The notes beneath the pieces were generated by a model, which saw only the letters and a list, made by a program, of their open reading frames with translations, had not been told where the DNA came from and ran no database searches. A stretch of 64,000 bases of DNA. Origin: a virus. Every line of letters starts with the position of its first letter. The stretch's first letter is position 1. Shown here piece after piece: positions 1 through 7,401 of the stretch. Position numbers and translations under genes: made by a program. The stretch lies in the IMG/VR virus record IMGVR_UViG_3300045988_151578. One strand, given 5' to 3'.

Positions 1-32
1 AAGTGAAACATATATTAATTATTTTATATGTG

Positions 33-64
33 CAAAATTAATACATTTATTTTATATATGCAAA
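33..64 (-). promoter_or_regulatory. Bacteroidota-type promoter, copy 1 of a conserved early-promoter cassette, firing leftwards out of the window
   Basis: On the minus strand: TTTG (64-61), 20-nt spacer, TAATTTTG (40-33). This matches the -33 TTTG / -7 TAnnTTTG consensus. The same cassette recurs at 6381-6412, 23184-23215 and 28395-28426. The conserved leader GTTTCACTT occupies 10-1, so the driven gene lies left of the window. Confidence 0.7.
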
Positions 65-99
65 TATTTTTCATATTATTTTTTAAAATAGGTAGGTTC

Positions 100-135
100 T
101 AACAGCCAAAAGTAGAGCTATTATATTAGCTCTAC
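100..135 (-). terminator. rho-independent terminator overlapping the 3' end of CDS 121-402
   Basis: Inverted repeat GTAGAGCTA (112-120) / TAGCTCTAC (127-135) with a 6-nt loop. On the minus strand the stem is followed by TTTTGG. Confidence 0.55.
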
Positions 136-402
136 CTCTGAATATGTGAATCCGGGTTCTATAACGTATTTACCAATTGATTTACCCACCGATTCCTTGT
201 TTTTAATAACCTCTAAGAGATTATCATATACTTCAGGATTTACATTATAATACCTATATATCTTGTAGCTCTTGTAAACTACATATAGATGTTTTTCTTT
301 AGGTACATATCCAAAAGCCAATAATCTACTTGACTTAAAACCATTTATGAATTCAACACTCAGGATTCTTTCCAGTGCTAAGATTACATTATTCTTCTTC
401 AT
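121..402 (-). CDS. KTSC-domain protein
   Basis: 93-aa ORF. The pattern SSRLLAFGY..LYVVYKSYKIYRYYNVNPEVYDNLL..SVGKSIGKYV fits the KTSC-domain signature (..L.V.F..G..Y.Y..VP..VY..L..A.S.G.Y..). Confidence 0.55.
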   Translation of the reverse strand: MKKNNVILALERILSVEFINGFKSSRLLAFGYVPKEKHLYVVYKSYKIYRYYNVNPEVYDNLLEVIKNKESVGKSIGKYVIEPGFTYSEVELI

Positions 403-856
403 TGTTCAATATATCTTTATTAACTTTACAGGGTTCTATGAAGCCATCCAAATAATCCCATTCCTTATGAAATGAATTCTTTATACTGAATAACAAATCC
501 CAGGTTTTAAATACTACATCTGGTCCAAATTTATATACCCAAGAATCTTCCATTTCATAAAGAATATGTATACATATATCCAACTGATCTTCACTTATGA
601 GTTTTATAATTTTCTCTGGATAATCCGACGTAATAACAAAGGAGTAATAATCTACCAACTTATCTCTTTGCTGAATAAGGGTTTCACTCAGTCTACCATC
701 GAAACTGAAAAGAGGTCTTAGATGTCTCAATATATCAATAGGTATTTCATCATTACCCTTATCTACATTTATACTGCGTAAAGCTTTAAGCTGAATATCT
801 GATATCATTACTATCAGATCACCAACACAAGCTACTCGTTTTTCCTGTTTTTCCAT
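389..856 (-). CDS. hypothetical protein
   Basis: 155-aa ORF tightly packed with its neighbours on the coding strand. No motif recognised. Confidence 0.6.
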   Translation of the reverse strand: MEKQEKRVACVGDLIVMISDIQLKALRSINVDKGNDEIPIDILRHLRPLFSFDGRLSETLIQQRDKLVDYYSFVITSDYPEKIIKLISEDQLDICIHILYEMEDSWVYKFGPDVVFKTWDLLFSIKNSFHKEWDYLDGFIEPCKVNKDILNNEEE

Positions 857-858
857 AT

Positions 859-1713
859 TTATCTCTTTACTACGTCATTGTAAATCTTATCCTTAATATT
901 GTTTGGGAATACCACATCCCTATACCATCTAAGGAAGAACTTAGAGGGTTTCTTTTCTGGGTTCATAAGTAATTGCCTTTGTTCTGTAGAGAATTTTATT
1001 CTTTCCTCCTCTAACATCCAAGCAGGCATCTTTGTAAACTCAACTGTATTAAAGTTCAATACCTTCTTACCCACATCTATTTTTAATGGGTGTTTTCTTT
1101 CCTTATATAAATATGGTACTACCTTACGTGATGGTCCATTGATTATAGAGAACCCAAATATTATCATAGGATCAAATTTATCTGATTTAGGATCTTTAGC
1201 TCTCTTTATACATCTTACCATCCATGATAAAGAATTCAGATATTGATGGTTCTGATTTGGTTCTCCAATATCCCGGGTATGAAATGGAAAATCCTTAAAG
1301 TGATACAACAGGTCCTCAGTTAGGACAAATACAAATCCCAGATCTCTCAAGTATTTAATAATACTATCCTGGTTTTCTCCATCTTTAACTTTATTCTCTA
1401 CATTTAATAGGATATCCTCCCTGGGTGATTCTATTTGAGTTGAAGCATTAGATGAGGGTCTTCCTCTACCTACTGATGGCTCCTTTAAAGGTAAATTTCC
1501 TACTAATTGATCCAAGTAATTCTTAAAAGATTCAATATCAGATTTATTAGTAAGAGTAACTTCTACTCTTATAGGACCATTATGCTGTATTTTAGGACCT
1601 GAATTTAATTCAGTATAAGCATCTACAAGTCTATCCTGAATATAACTACCATTTTCAGTTAAGGTAGTTATTCTCATCTTTGGTTTATATTTCTTTTCTT
1701 CTGTGGGTTCCAT
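859..1713 (-). CDS. hypothetical protein (start revised from 1749 to 1713)
   Basis: The ORF-track start at 1749 lies inside terminator stem 1742-1766. The next in-frame ATG at 1713 (MEPTEEKK..) follows the T-run by 21 nt and is preceded by the leader AACTTTAAAAACACAT, which is also seen upstream of the capsid gene. Confidence 0.6.
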   Translation of the reverse strand: MEPTEEKKYKPKMRITTLTENGSYIQDRLVDAYTELNSGPKIQHNGPIRVEVTLTNKSDIESFKNYLDQLVGNLPLKEPSVGRGRPSSNASTQIESPREDILLNVENKVKDGENQDSIIKYLRDLGFVFVLTEDLLYHFKDFPFHTRDIGEPNQNHQYLNSLSWMVRCIKRAKDPKSDKFDPMIIFGFSIINGPSRKVVPYLYKERKHPLKIDVGKKVLNFNTVEFTKMPAWMLEEERIKFSTEQRQLLMNPEKKPSKFFLRWYRDVVFPNNIKDKIYNDVVKR

Positions 1714-1734
1714 ACAATATGTGTTTTTAAAGTT

Positions 1735-1766
1735 AAAAAAAGGGAGCATAAGTTACTTATGCTCCC
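1735..1766 (-). terminator. rho-independent terminator after CDS 1811-2416
   Basis: Perfect 11-bp stem GGGAGCATAAG (1742-1752) / CTTATGCTCCC (1756-1766) with a 3-nt loop. On the minus strand it is followed by TTTTTTT (1741-1735). Confidence 0.85.
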
Positions 1767-1810
1767 CATCATGAGTGGTTTTAATTAAATTATCGAGGAG
1801 ACTTAGTGTA

Positions 1811-2416
1811 TTAATCCTCTTCTTTCTTTGATTTAGCCTTCTTCTTAGTCTTATCCTTTTTAGATGAGACCTCTTCTTTCTTGGCCGACTTCTCCGGTTT
1901 TAAAGTATCCTTAGATTTGTCTTTCTTGGGTTTATCCTCCTTATCCTTTGGAGCCTGATTCTTCTTCCTCATCTCCATGCGATATTTTTTCTTTTCGGCT
2001 GAGTTCATTTCCCGGCCATCGATCAGAGGATAATCATACTTGCATCGTTTAGGATCAGATTTCTTAGTTTCCTTCTCCTTACCCTTAACTTCTGATGCCT
2101 TAACTGTTTTCTTTGATTTTTCCTTCAGGCTTTTAGCTGTCTTAGCTTCTTCCAGCTTTTCTTTCTTCATTTTCTTCATAATACTTTTCTTTATTTTAAT
2201 GGTTAAATAGTTTTTTCTACTTTTACCCAGATCATTCAGGGGATATTCAAATTGTATTTTATCTCTTTCCTTATTTATCTTTAAGAGAAGCAATCTGATA
2301 GTTTTACCATGAATTGGATCTTTACTGTAATCCTTTAAAAAGCTCAGATTATGTTTTTTCATATAATCGAAAAGCTCTTTTTTGGTTTTACTTAATTCGG
2401 GAGTATAGTTTTCCAT
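1811..2416 (-). CDS. lysine-rich hypothetical protein
   Basis: 201-aa ORF. The C-terminal two-thirds is low-complexity K/E/S-rich (..KKEKLEEAKTAKSLKEKSKK.., ..KKDKTKKKAKSKKEED). Confidence 0.6.
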   Translation of the reverse strand: MENYTPELSKTKKELFDYMKKHNLSFLKDYSKDPIHGKTIRLLLLKINKERDKIQFEYPLNDLGKSRKNYLTIKIKKSIMKKMKKEKLEEAKTAKSLKEKSKKTVKASEVKGKEKETKKSDPKRCKYDYPLIDGREMNSAEKKKYRMEMRKKNQAPKDKEDKPKKDKSKDTLKPEKSAKKEEVSSKKDKTKKKAKSKKEED

Positions 2417-2432
2417 TTCCTATCTTTATTAA

Positions 2433-2813
2433 TTAATAGAATTCGTCCACTATATATGGGTTATGGTATATCTTTATTTCTAGGATTTTAATATTTATAT
2501 GTTTTATGATACCAATAGCTTTATAGATGATATTTACATCCTCGAAATCTGATACATTAGGCAATATGCCTTTTTTCAATACTCCATTAATTTCTAACTT
2601 AACTATGGCTATATTTGATGATATAAGTTTTTTGAACCTATATACCTCACTGTTTAAGGTTTTATTCTTTAATTTAAGTTGAACAAGGTAATTTCTAGCT
2701 AAAGAGGTTTTATTATTCCTGATAGCCTTATTATATAAATCCTCTATCTCCTTAACTTGAAGATATAATTGATTTATACGTTGAATTTTATCACTAATTT
2801 CACTCATCACCAA
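2433..2813 (-). CDS. hypothetical protein
   Basis: 126-aa ORF on the coding strand, overlapping the upstream ORF by 7 nt. No motif recognised. Confidence 0.55.
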   Translation of the reverse strand: MVMSEISDKIQRINQLYLQVKEIEDLYNKAIRNNKTSLARNYLVQLKLKNKTLNSEVYRFKKLISSNIAIVKLEINGVLKKGILPNVSDFEDVNIIYKAIGIIKHINIKILEIKIYHNPYIVDEFY

Positions 2814-3058
2814 TTGGGTTTTTTAATGGTTCTATTTTCATTATCCTCTCTTAAATCATCCAGGACTTCTTGTGATATCCTTTTTAAGTTTTCTAGAAAT
2901 TCCTTATCTTCTAAACTTATAGAATTATCATATTCTTTAAGAAATTCCTCTAGATCTTCATTAAAATAGGATACGGATATAGCAATAACTGATAATTTAA
3001 GAACTTGATCATCAAAACCTAAATGGCTTAATTCCTTTTTTAAATCAGATAGTTCCAT
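2807..3058 (-). CDS. hypothetical acidic protein
   Basis: 83-aa ORF on the coding strand. No motif recognised. Confidence 0.5.
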   Translation of the reverse strand: MELSDLKKELSHLGFDDQVLKLSVIAISVSYFNEDLEEFLKEYDNSISLEDKEFLENLKRISQEVLDDLREDNENRTIKKPNW

Positions 3059-3070
3059 AAGATAATATAA

Positions 3071-3113
3071 TAAAAATCCCCAATCCTTGGAAATATTTCC
3101 TTAGACTGGGGAT
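3071..3113 (-). terminator. rho-independent terminator after CDS 3181-3576
   Basis: Outer stem ATCCCCA (3076-3082) / TGGGGAT (3107-3113) encloses an inner palindrome GGAAATATTTCC. On the minus strand it is followed by TTTTATTATATT. Confidence 0.6.
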
Positions 3114-3180
3114 CGGGTATAAACCAGTTATAATATGAACAAAAATTACTTAGCAGATCTATCGGCAGATAGTAGAAGGA

Positions 3181-3576
3181 TTAATCTTCAGAATCCTCTT
3201 CTTCCTTATCCTTACCCTTTTTCTTATCCTTCTTAGGTTTCGGACTTGTTATAGTTCCGTGACCTTTTTTGGATTTAACGGTAAGTTTACCGGGAACGAA
3301 TGCTACGGAATTTGATATGGGTTTATCATCTACTACCAATACGGAAGTAATTACAACTCCCTGGTAACCGTCTTTGCCCTTGACCGGGTAACCGTAGTTA
3401 AGGATCTTTGAATTTTCAGATACTGGGATTACGTCCATTTGTTTACTGTTCGGCCTTTGTTCTGCAGGTCTATTTTTCAGAGCTTCCTGACGGGCTTTTC
3501 TTTTTGCCAGTTTCTCGGCCATTTTCTCTTCTTTAGAAACTTCTGGTTTCTTTACATCTTTCTCTTTCTTTGCCAT
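3181..3576 (-). CDS. basic (Lys-rich) hypothetical protein
   Basis: 131-aa ORF with N-terminus MAKKEKDVKK and a K-rich tail. It shares the start context TTAAAACAATGGCAAAGAAA with the next gene. Confidence 0.6.
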   Translation of the reverse strand: MAKKEKDVKKPEVSKEEKMAEKLAKRKARQEALKNRPAEQRPNSKQMDVIPVSENSKILNYGYPVKGKDGYQGVVITSVLVVDDKPISNSVAFVPGKLTVKSKKGHGTITSPKPKKDKKKGKDKEEEDSED

Positions 3577-3613
3577 TGTTTTAATTTATTAAAAGGTTAT
3601 ACGTTGATATGAC

Positions 3614-4126
3614 TTATTTCTTTGACTTCTTAGATTTAGCAGCCTTCTTTGGGAGAGTTATGCCCAATTTCTTGGCAACATCCTTACGAAGTTTTTCTAC
3701 CTCATCCTCATCATAGTCATCAGGATCTATATCGAGATCATTGTCTTCGCAAACATCTTCGAGTTCTTCGAAGTCCATCTCAGCCAAAGATTCCGGAGTT
3801 ATTTCCTCTTCATCCTCCTCATCTTCCTCTTCATCATCATCTTCATCTTCGTCCTCATCTTCTTCGGAGTCATCATCCTCATCCTCTTCTTCCTCGTCGT
3901 CATCGTCATCTTCGTCAGAATCATCGGAATCCTCATCGTCTTCCTCATCATCTTCGTCATCCTCTTCCTCTCCGAAGATAGATGTAAACTCCTCTGCTGA
4001 GATTGTGAGGGGAGCCAGGATAATCTGAATCGAGCCATCTTCAAACTTTACGATTACTGTACCATTTTCAAGAGTAGTTCTAGAAACTTCTTTTACCTCT
4101 TTCTTGTTAGCTTTTTTCTTTGCCAT
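3614..4126 (-). CDS. poly-acidic protein (about 100-residue D/E tract)
   Basis: 170-aa ORF. It has a basic N-terminus (MAKKKANKK), a short beta-like segment, an almost uninterrupted Asp/Glu tract, and a basic C-terminus (KKAAKSKKSKK). Confidence 0.65.
   Translation of the reverse strand: MAKKKANKKEVKEVSRTTLENGTVIVKFEDGSIQIILAPLTISAEEFTSIFGEEEDDEDDEEDDEDSDDSDEDDDDDEEEEDEDDDSEEDEDEDEDDDEEEDEEDEEEITPESLAEMDFEELEDVCEDNDLDIDPDDYDEDEVEKLRKDVAKKLGITLPKKAAKSKKSKK
3790..3975. repeat. low-complexity trinucleotide-biased tract (GAN codons)
   Basis: Runs of tca/tcc/tct triplets on the plus strand encode the D/E tract. They also generate three artefactual shadow ORFs. Confidence 0.8.
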
Positions 4127-4161
4127 TGTTTTAAATTTTTAAAGTTAAACTTAAGTGATTA

Positions 4162-4365
4162 CTATTTACCTAATATTTTCATGTATCCATCGGAAGCATG
4201 TTCTTTATTATATTGTTTTACTTCTTCTAGAAGAGCAGTAAATTTTACATGGTCTTCTATTTCTACAGGATCCGATTGGATTATTTTATTATCTTTATAT
4301 GTATGAATATACATCTGACCATCGTTATTAATGGTTTCTGTATGTTGTAATGTTTTCAGTTCCAT
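4162..4365 (-). CDS. hypothetical protein
   Basis: 67-aa ORF on the coding strand. Confidence 0.5.
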   Translation of the reverse strand: MELKTLQHTETINNDGQMYIHTYKDNKIIQSDPVEIEDHVKFTALLEEVKQYNKEHASDGYMKILGK

Positions 4366-4973
4366 ATTGAAATGAATTTTGAATTTGAATAGTTTATCTT
4401 AGTATATCCCGGGATACCCATAAGTTCAAAACTTGAGTGAATATCTGGGATTTTTCTTTTCAAAAGATAATAGTTATTGGTATACTTTCTAGGAAAGATG
4501 TACCAAGTACCATTAATTGGCCTATTAGAAGTTATATAGCAATACTTCTTTGAAAGCCTTTCATATTTGGGATAATTATCCTTAGTTAGGGGTATATATC
4601 CCTTATATATAAATTGCTTTTCTAGATATTTATCCTTAATATAAGGAATAGAATTACCATTAAATTTAGTAAACTCCTCTAGAAACTTACCATATAACCC
4701 ATTTTTTACATATTTAGTTGCCCTCCTTATTGACCTCTTTATTGACCATTTCTTTCTTTTTAACAGGTGTATAGTTAGATCCCCTATAATCGACGACTTT
4801 ACCATGTCTGTAGAAGACAATATCTTCTTCTCTGATTCCGAGAGATTTGCATACCTCCGGTAAGATAAGTTTATACGCCTTATATCTGTTAGACTGTAAA
4901 TATCTAGGACTGAAGCCAAGTCTATATCCGTAATATTTGCGTATGAGTTCTTGATTAAATTTCTTCTTGCCAT
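4356..4973 (-). CDS. hypothetical protein, or the 3' portion of a split gene; 5' boundary uncertain
   Basis: 205-aa ORF overlapping ORF 4714-5376 by 260 nt in the +1 register. It has no ATG downstream of the partner's stop, so the real start is unclear. Confidence 0.4.
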   Translation of the reverse strand: MARRNLIKNSYANITDIDLASVLDIYSLTDIRRINLSYRRYANLSESEKKILSSTDMVKSSIIGDLTIHLLKRKKWSIKRSIRRATKYVKNGLYGKFLEEFTKFNGNSIPYIKDKYLEKQFIYKGYIPLTKDNYPKYERLSKKYCYITSNRPINGTWYIFPRKYTNNYYLLKRKIPDIHSSFELMGIPGYTKINYSNSKFISIWN

Positions 4974-5376
4974 GTTTTATTTGCCTATACATGAAAACTC
5001 TAAAATATCTTCTCCTATGCTTAGTTAAGAGATAATCAGGTGGAGTAACCCATTTCCTTACCTTCCTGGGTTTTCCTTTAAAGAATACCCTATCTATGTA
5101 TTTCTTGGGAAAGGTTCTTAACCCATTACGATATAACCTTTTACCACTGACTACCCTTACTTCAAGTAAAGCATCTACTCCCAATAGTATGGTTAACATC
5201 TTCTTGGCATGTAATCTAGTATAATAGGGTATGCCACATATATGTTTCCTATATAGGAATTTACCTGATGGAGTTACTTTATTGTAGGATTTACTACAAT
5301 ATTCTTTTGGAATGTAACTCCATAGGTAATACCTATTACGATGGACAACATATTTACTTTCAGCTAACCTAACCAT
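4714..5376 (-). CDS. hypothetical protein, or the 5' portion of a split gene
   Basis: 220-aa ORF that looks protein-like to its end (..GIREEDIVFYRHGKVVDYRGSNYTPVKKK..). It terminates just after an A-rich run and a 12-nt tandem duplication. Confidence 0.5.
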   Translation of the reverse strand: MVRLAESKYVVHRNRYYLWSYIPKEYCSKSYNKVTPSGKFLYRKHICGIPYYTRLHAKKMLTILLGVDALLEVRVVSGKRLYRNGLRTFPKKYIDRVFFKGKPRKVRKWVTPPDYLLTKHRRRYFRVFMYRQIKHGKKKFNQELIRKYYGYRLGFSPRYLQSNRYKAYKLILPEVCKSLGIREEDIVFYRHGKVVDYRGSNYTPVKKKEMVNKEVNKEGN

Positions 5377-5938
5377 TTTTCATATCTCTTTTAGCTTTCC
5401 TATACCAAAGATTTATGGATTTGTCATTAGCATCGGGGAATTTTTTCTTAACCCTGCGTAATACCCTTTCAATACTAAATCCTTTATGAACCAATTCGAA
5501 TGTGTAGGATTTCTTAGTACCCTTAATAAGGTTAAATTCGTCTCTTTCCTTTGGAGGTTTCTTTTCTCGAGGTTTCTTTATCCCGGGAACTCTTTTAGAT
5601 CTCCTTACTCCATTTTCGTCTTCTTCTCCGAGAAACCCAAGCCTTAATCTTGAACTCCTTAATGGATCATCTTTATCATAACCCAGGGATTCCAATTGTT
5701 TATCCATCCAATCGTCATATTGATTAATTAGATCCTTATTGGGTTTTTCCGTAGAATTGTTTATATAGGATATTAAACCAAATACTCCAGATTTACAAGC
5801 ATCTGGAAAAGGCATACCCAATATAACAGCTTTACGTTTCAAATCCTTATAAGTAAGGTTTCTACCGGATGCCGTTAATAAATTGGTCTTCTCCTTTGAA
5901 GAAAGCTTTGGTTTTAATTTTTTCTTACTTATTGCCAT
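5369..5938 (-). CDS. hypothetical basic protein
   Basis: 189-aa ORF on the coding strand. No motif recognised. Confidence 0.6.
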   Translation of the reverse strand: MAISKKKLKPKLSSKEKTNLLTASGRNLTYKDLKRKAVILGMPFPDACKSGVFGLISYINNSTEKPNKDLINQYDDWMDKQLESLGYDKDDPLRSSRLRLGFLGEEDENGVRRSKRVPGIKKPREKKPPKERDEFNLIKGTKKSYTFELVHKGFSIERVLRRVKKKFPDANDKSINLWYRKAKRDMKNG

Positions 5939-5942
5939 GATA

Positions 5943-6335
5943 TTAATCCTTTTCCGTTGATTTTATTACGATACCCGTGATAAAGTTAGATTCAGCTATA
6001 TACTGATCTGTTTCTTCTATACTTACGTCCTTATGAGATAGTTTTTCGATAAGCCTATTATAAAATGACCGATAATGTTCTTCGGATAATTCTGGTCCTT
6101 GTTGATCGCATATTATAAAACCTCTAATCAATACTGGTAAAAATCTAGAGTATCTAAAGTTATCTTCTATAAGAGAAGAATCGGCAACATCTCCAGCCCA
6201 TTCTAGTAGGATATCATAATATTTCTCTGGAACGAAGTACATCCATAAATAATCTTTCTTATAAGTAGGATCCATATGTTGGAACGGGTTTATATAACCA
6301 TCTACCGATTTTGTTTTTTGATTATTATCATCCAT
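5943..6335 (-). CDS. hypothetical protein (first gene behind early promoter copy 2)
   Basis: 130-aa ORF. Its ATG lies 45 nt downstream of the -7 box at 6381-6388 and is preceded by the leader TGTTTCACTTTAAAAT. Confidence 0.65.
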   Translation of the reverse strand: MDDNNQKTKSVDGYINPFQHMDPTYKKDYLWMYFVPEKYYDILLEWAGDVADSSLIEDNFRYSRFLPVLIRGFIICDQQGPELSEEHYRSFYNRLIEKLSHKDVSIEETDQYIAESNFITGIVIKSTEKD

Positions 6336-6380
6336 AAATTATTATTTTAAAGTGAAACATATATTATTTAATTCTGTTTG

Positions 6381-6412
6381 CAAAATTAATACATTTATTT
6401 TTATTATGCAAA
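6381..6412 (-). promoter_or_regulatory. Bacteroidota-type promoter, conserved early cassette copy 2
   Basis: On the minus strand: TTTG (6412-6409), 20-nt spacer, TAATTTTG (6388-6381). The 16-mer TGTTTCACTTTAAAAT at 6359-6344 is identical to the one at 23170-23155. Confidence 0.8.
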
Positions 6413-6417
6413 TATTT

Positions 6418-7401
6418 CTACTTATTTTTTAAAAATAGCTCAGGTTTAGCACGTTCTACACCGGGTATATGAGTTCTAGAAGATTTTTTGGGTTTGTTAT
6501 ATTTATTAGTGAAGGCATTGTTTAACTGCTTCACATTGAAGTCTATATTATTTACCTCATTGTAATTTATGGCTTGAGAAGTTATTAACCGATATTCTGG
6601 CCAAAACTTCTGACCTAATTTTATACCTGAAGTTTTGAGATAATATTTAGATACCATAAACCCAAATGTATCTGCCTCATCCCGGGTATTAAATACATAT
6701 AAATAATGCCTTGACATTTCATCTACTACTTCTTTTAATGGTCTTATAGGCATCAATATATACTGAAATTTTTTATCTGACTTAAATAGAGCTACCCAAT
6801 ACTTTGGTTTAGAGGGTTTAACTTTATACCAGTATTTTTCTTTTATCTTGTCTATAACTAATTCAGGAACTTTCTTAATAAGATACTTGATATATATCTT
6901 ATCCTTCTTATTTAATCTCCTTTTGAATGCTGATGGTTGCTGTATAATAGATGGCAATATCCTAAAATTATTCCATCTATCAAATTCCATAATAAGTTTA
7001 TGGGTATCACTATCCCAGGATATACTAGATAACTTCAAATATGACATATTGCGTATTATACACCTATTAGTTACCTTAGGTAATACCATAGATGAATTAC
7101 CAGTATACTCCCGGGCTTGTACTCTTGACCATCTTTTTTCTATTAATGCCTCTATATAATCTTTAAATTGCTGTTCACATGGCCCATCGGGTCTAAATAT
7201 AGAAGGATGCCTTTCGAAAAAATTACTAAACAATTTAAAGAAATATTCAGATCTATCCCTTACTTCTAGATATTTATAGTGAGATAGTTTTAACATCTCT
7301 CCTACTTCCCAAGAGGATTTATTCTCGGATAGTCTTAAAAATAAAGATTGCCTCTCTATCAAAGTTAGGCAATCCCAAGCTTTATTCTGATATGCCTCCA
7401 T
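6418..7401 (-). CDS. putative HTH transcription regulator (sigma-70 region-4-like N-terminus)
   Basis: In this 327-aa ORF, LTLIERQSLFLRLSENKSSWEVGEMLKLSHYKYLEVRDRS resembles a region-4 / LuxR-type helix-turn-helix. The rest of the protein is unrecognised. Confidence 0.4.
   Translation of the reverse strand: MEAYQNKAWDCLTLIERQSLFLRLSENKSSWEVGEMLKLSHYKYLEVRDRSEYFFKLFSNFFERHPSIFRPDGPCEQQFKDYIEALIEKRWSRVQAREYTGNSSMVLPKVTNRCIIRNMSYLKLSSISWDSDTHKLIMEFDRWNNFRILPSIIQQPSAFKRRLNKKDKIYIKYLIKKVPELVIDKIKEKYWYKVKPSKPKYWVALFKSDKKFQYILMPIRPLKEVVDEMSRHYLYVFNTRDEADTFGFMVSKYYLKTSGIKLGQKFWPEYRLITSQAINYNEVNNIDFNVKQLNNAFTNKYNKPKKSSRTHIPGVERAKPELFLKNK

Noticed and set aside
899-1246. Plus-strand ORFs antisense to minus-strand genes (e.g. 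899-1246, 2769-2969, 6848-7159, 8387-8608, 16970-17164, 22270-22597, 26682-26996, 29824-30045, 41884-42180, 42358-42663, 43855-44187, 53584-53838, 54262-54537, 54807-55031, 58182-58418, 61761-61958, 62713-62952)
   Set aside because: Every one of them is fully nested in a longer, motif-supported or tightly packed minus-strand CDS. Their translations are hydrophobic, low-complexity and typical of AT-rich antisense frames. None has a promoter or leader motif.
859-1749. The longest-ORF start at 1749 for the 296-aa protein
   Set aside because: That start codon and its first codons lie within the stem and T-run of the upstream gene's terminator. The ATG at 1713 has the typical leader.
3649-4044. 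Three additional ORFs (3649-3981 +, 3741-4028 +, 3799-4044 -) overlapping the poly-acidic gene
   Set aside because: They are shadow frames of a trinucleotide-biased tract (poly-Ser, His/Pro-rich, Met/Lys/Arg-rich translations). They lack start context and lie inside a better ORF.
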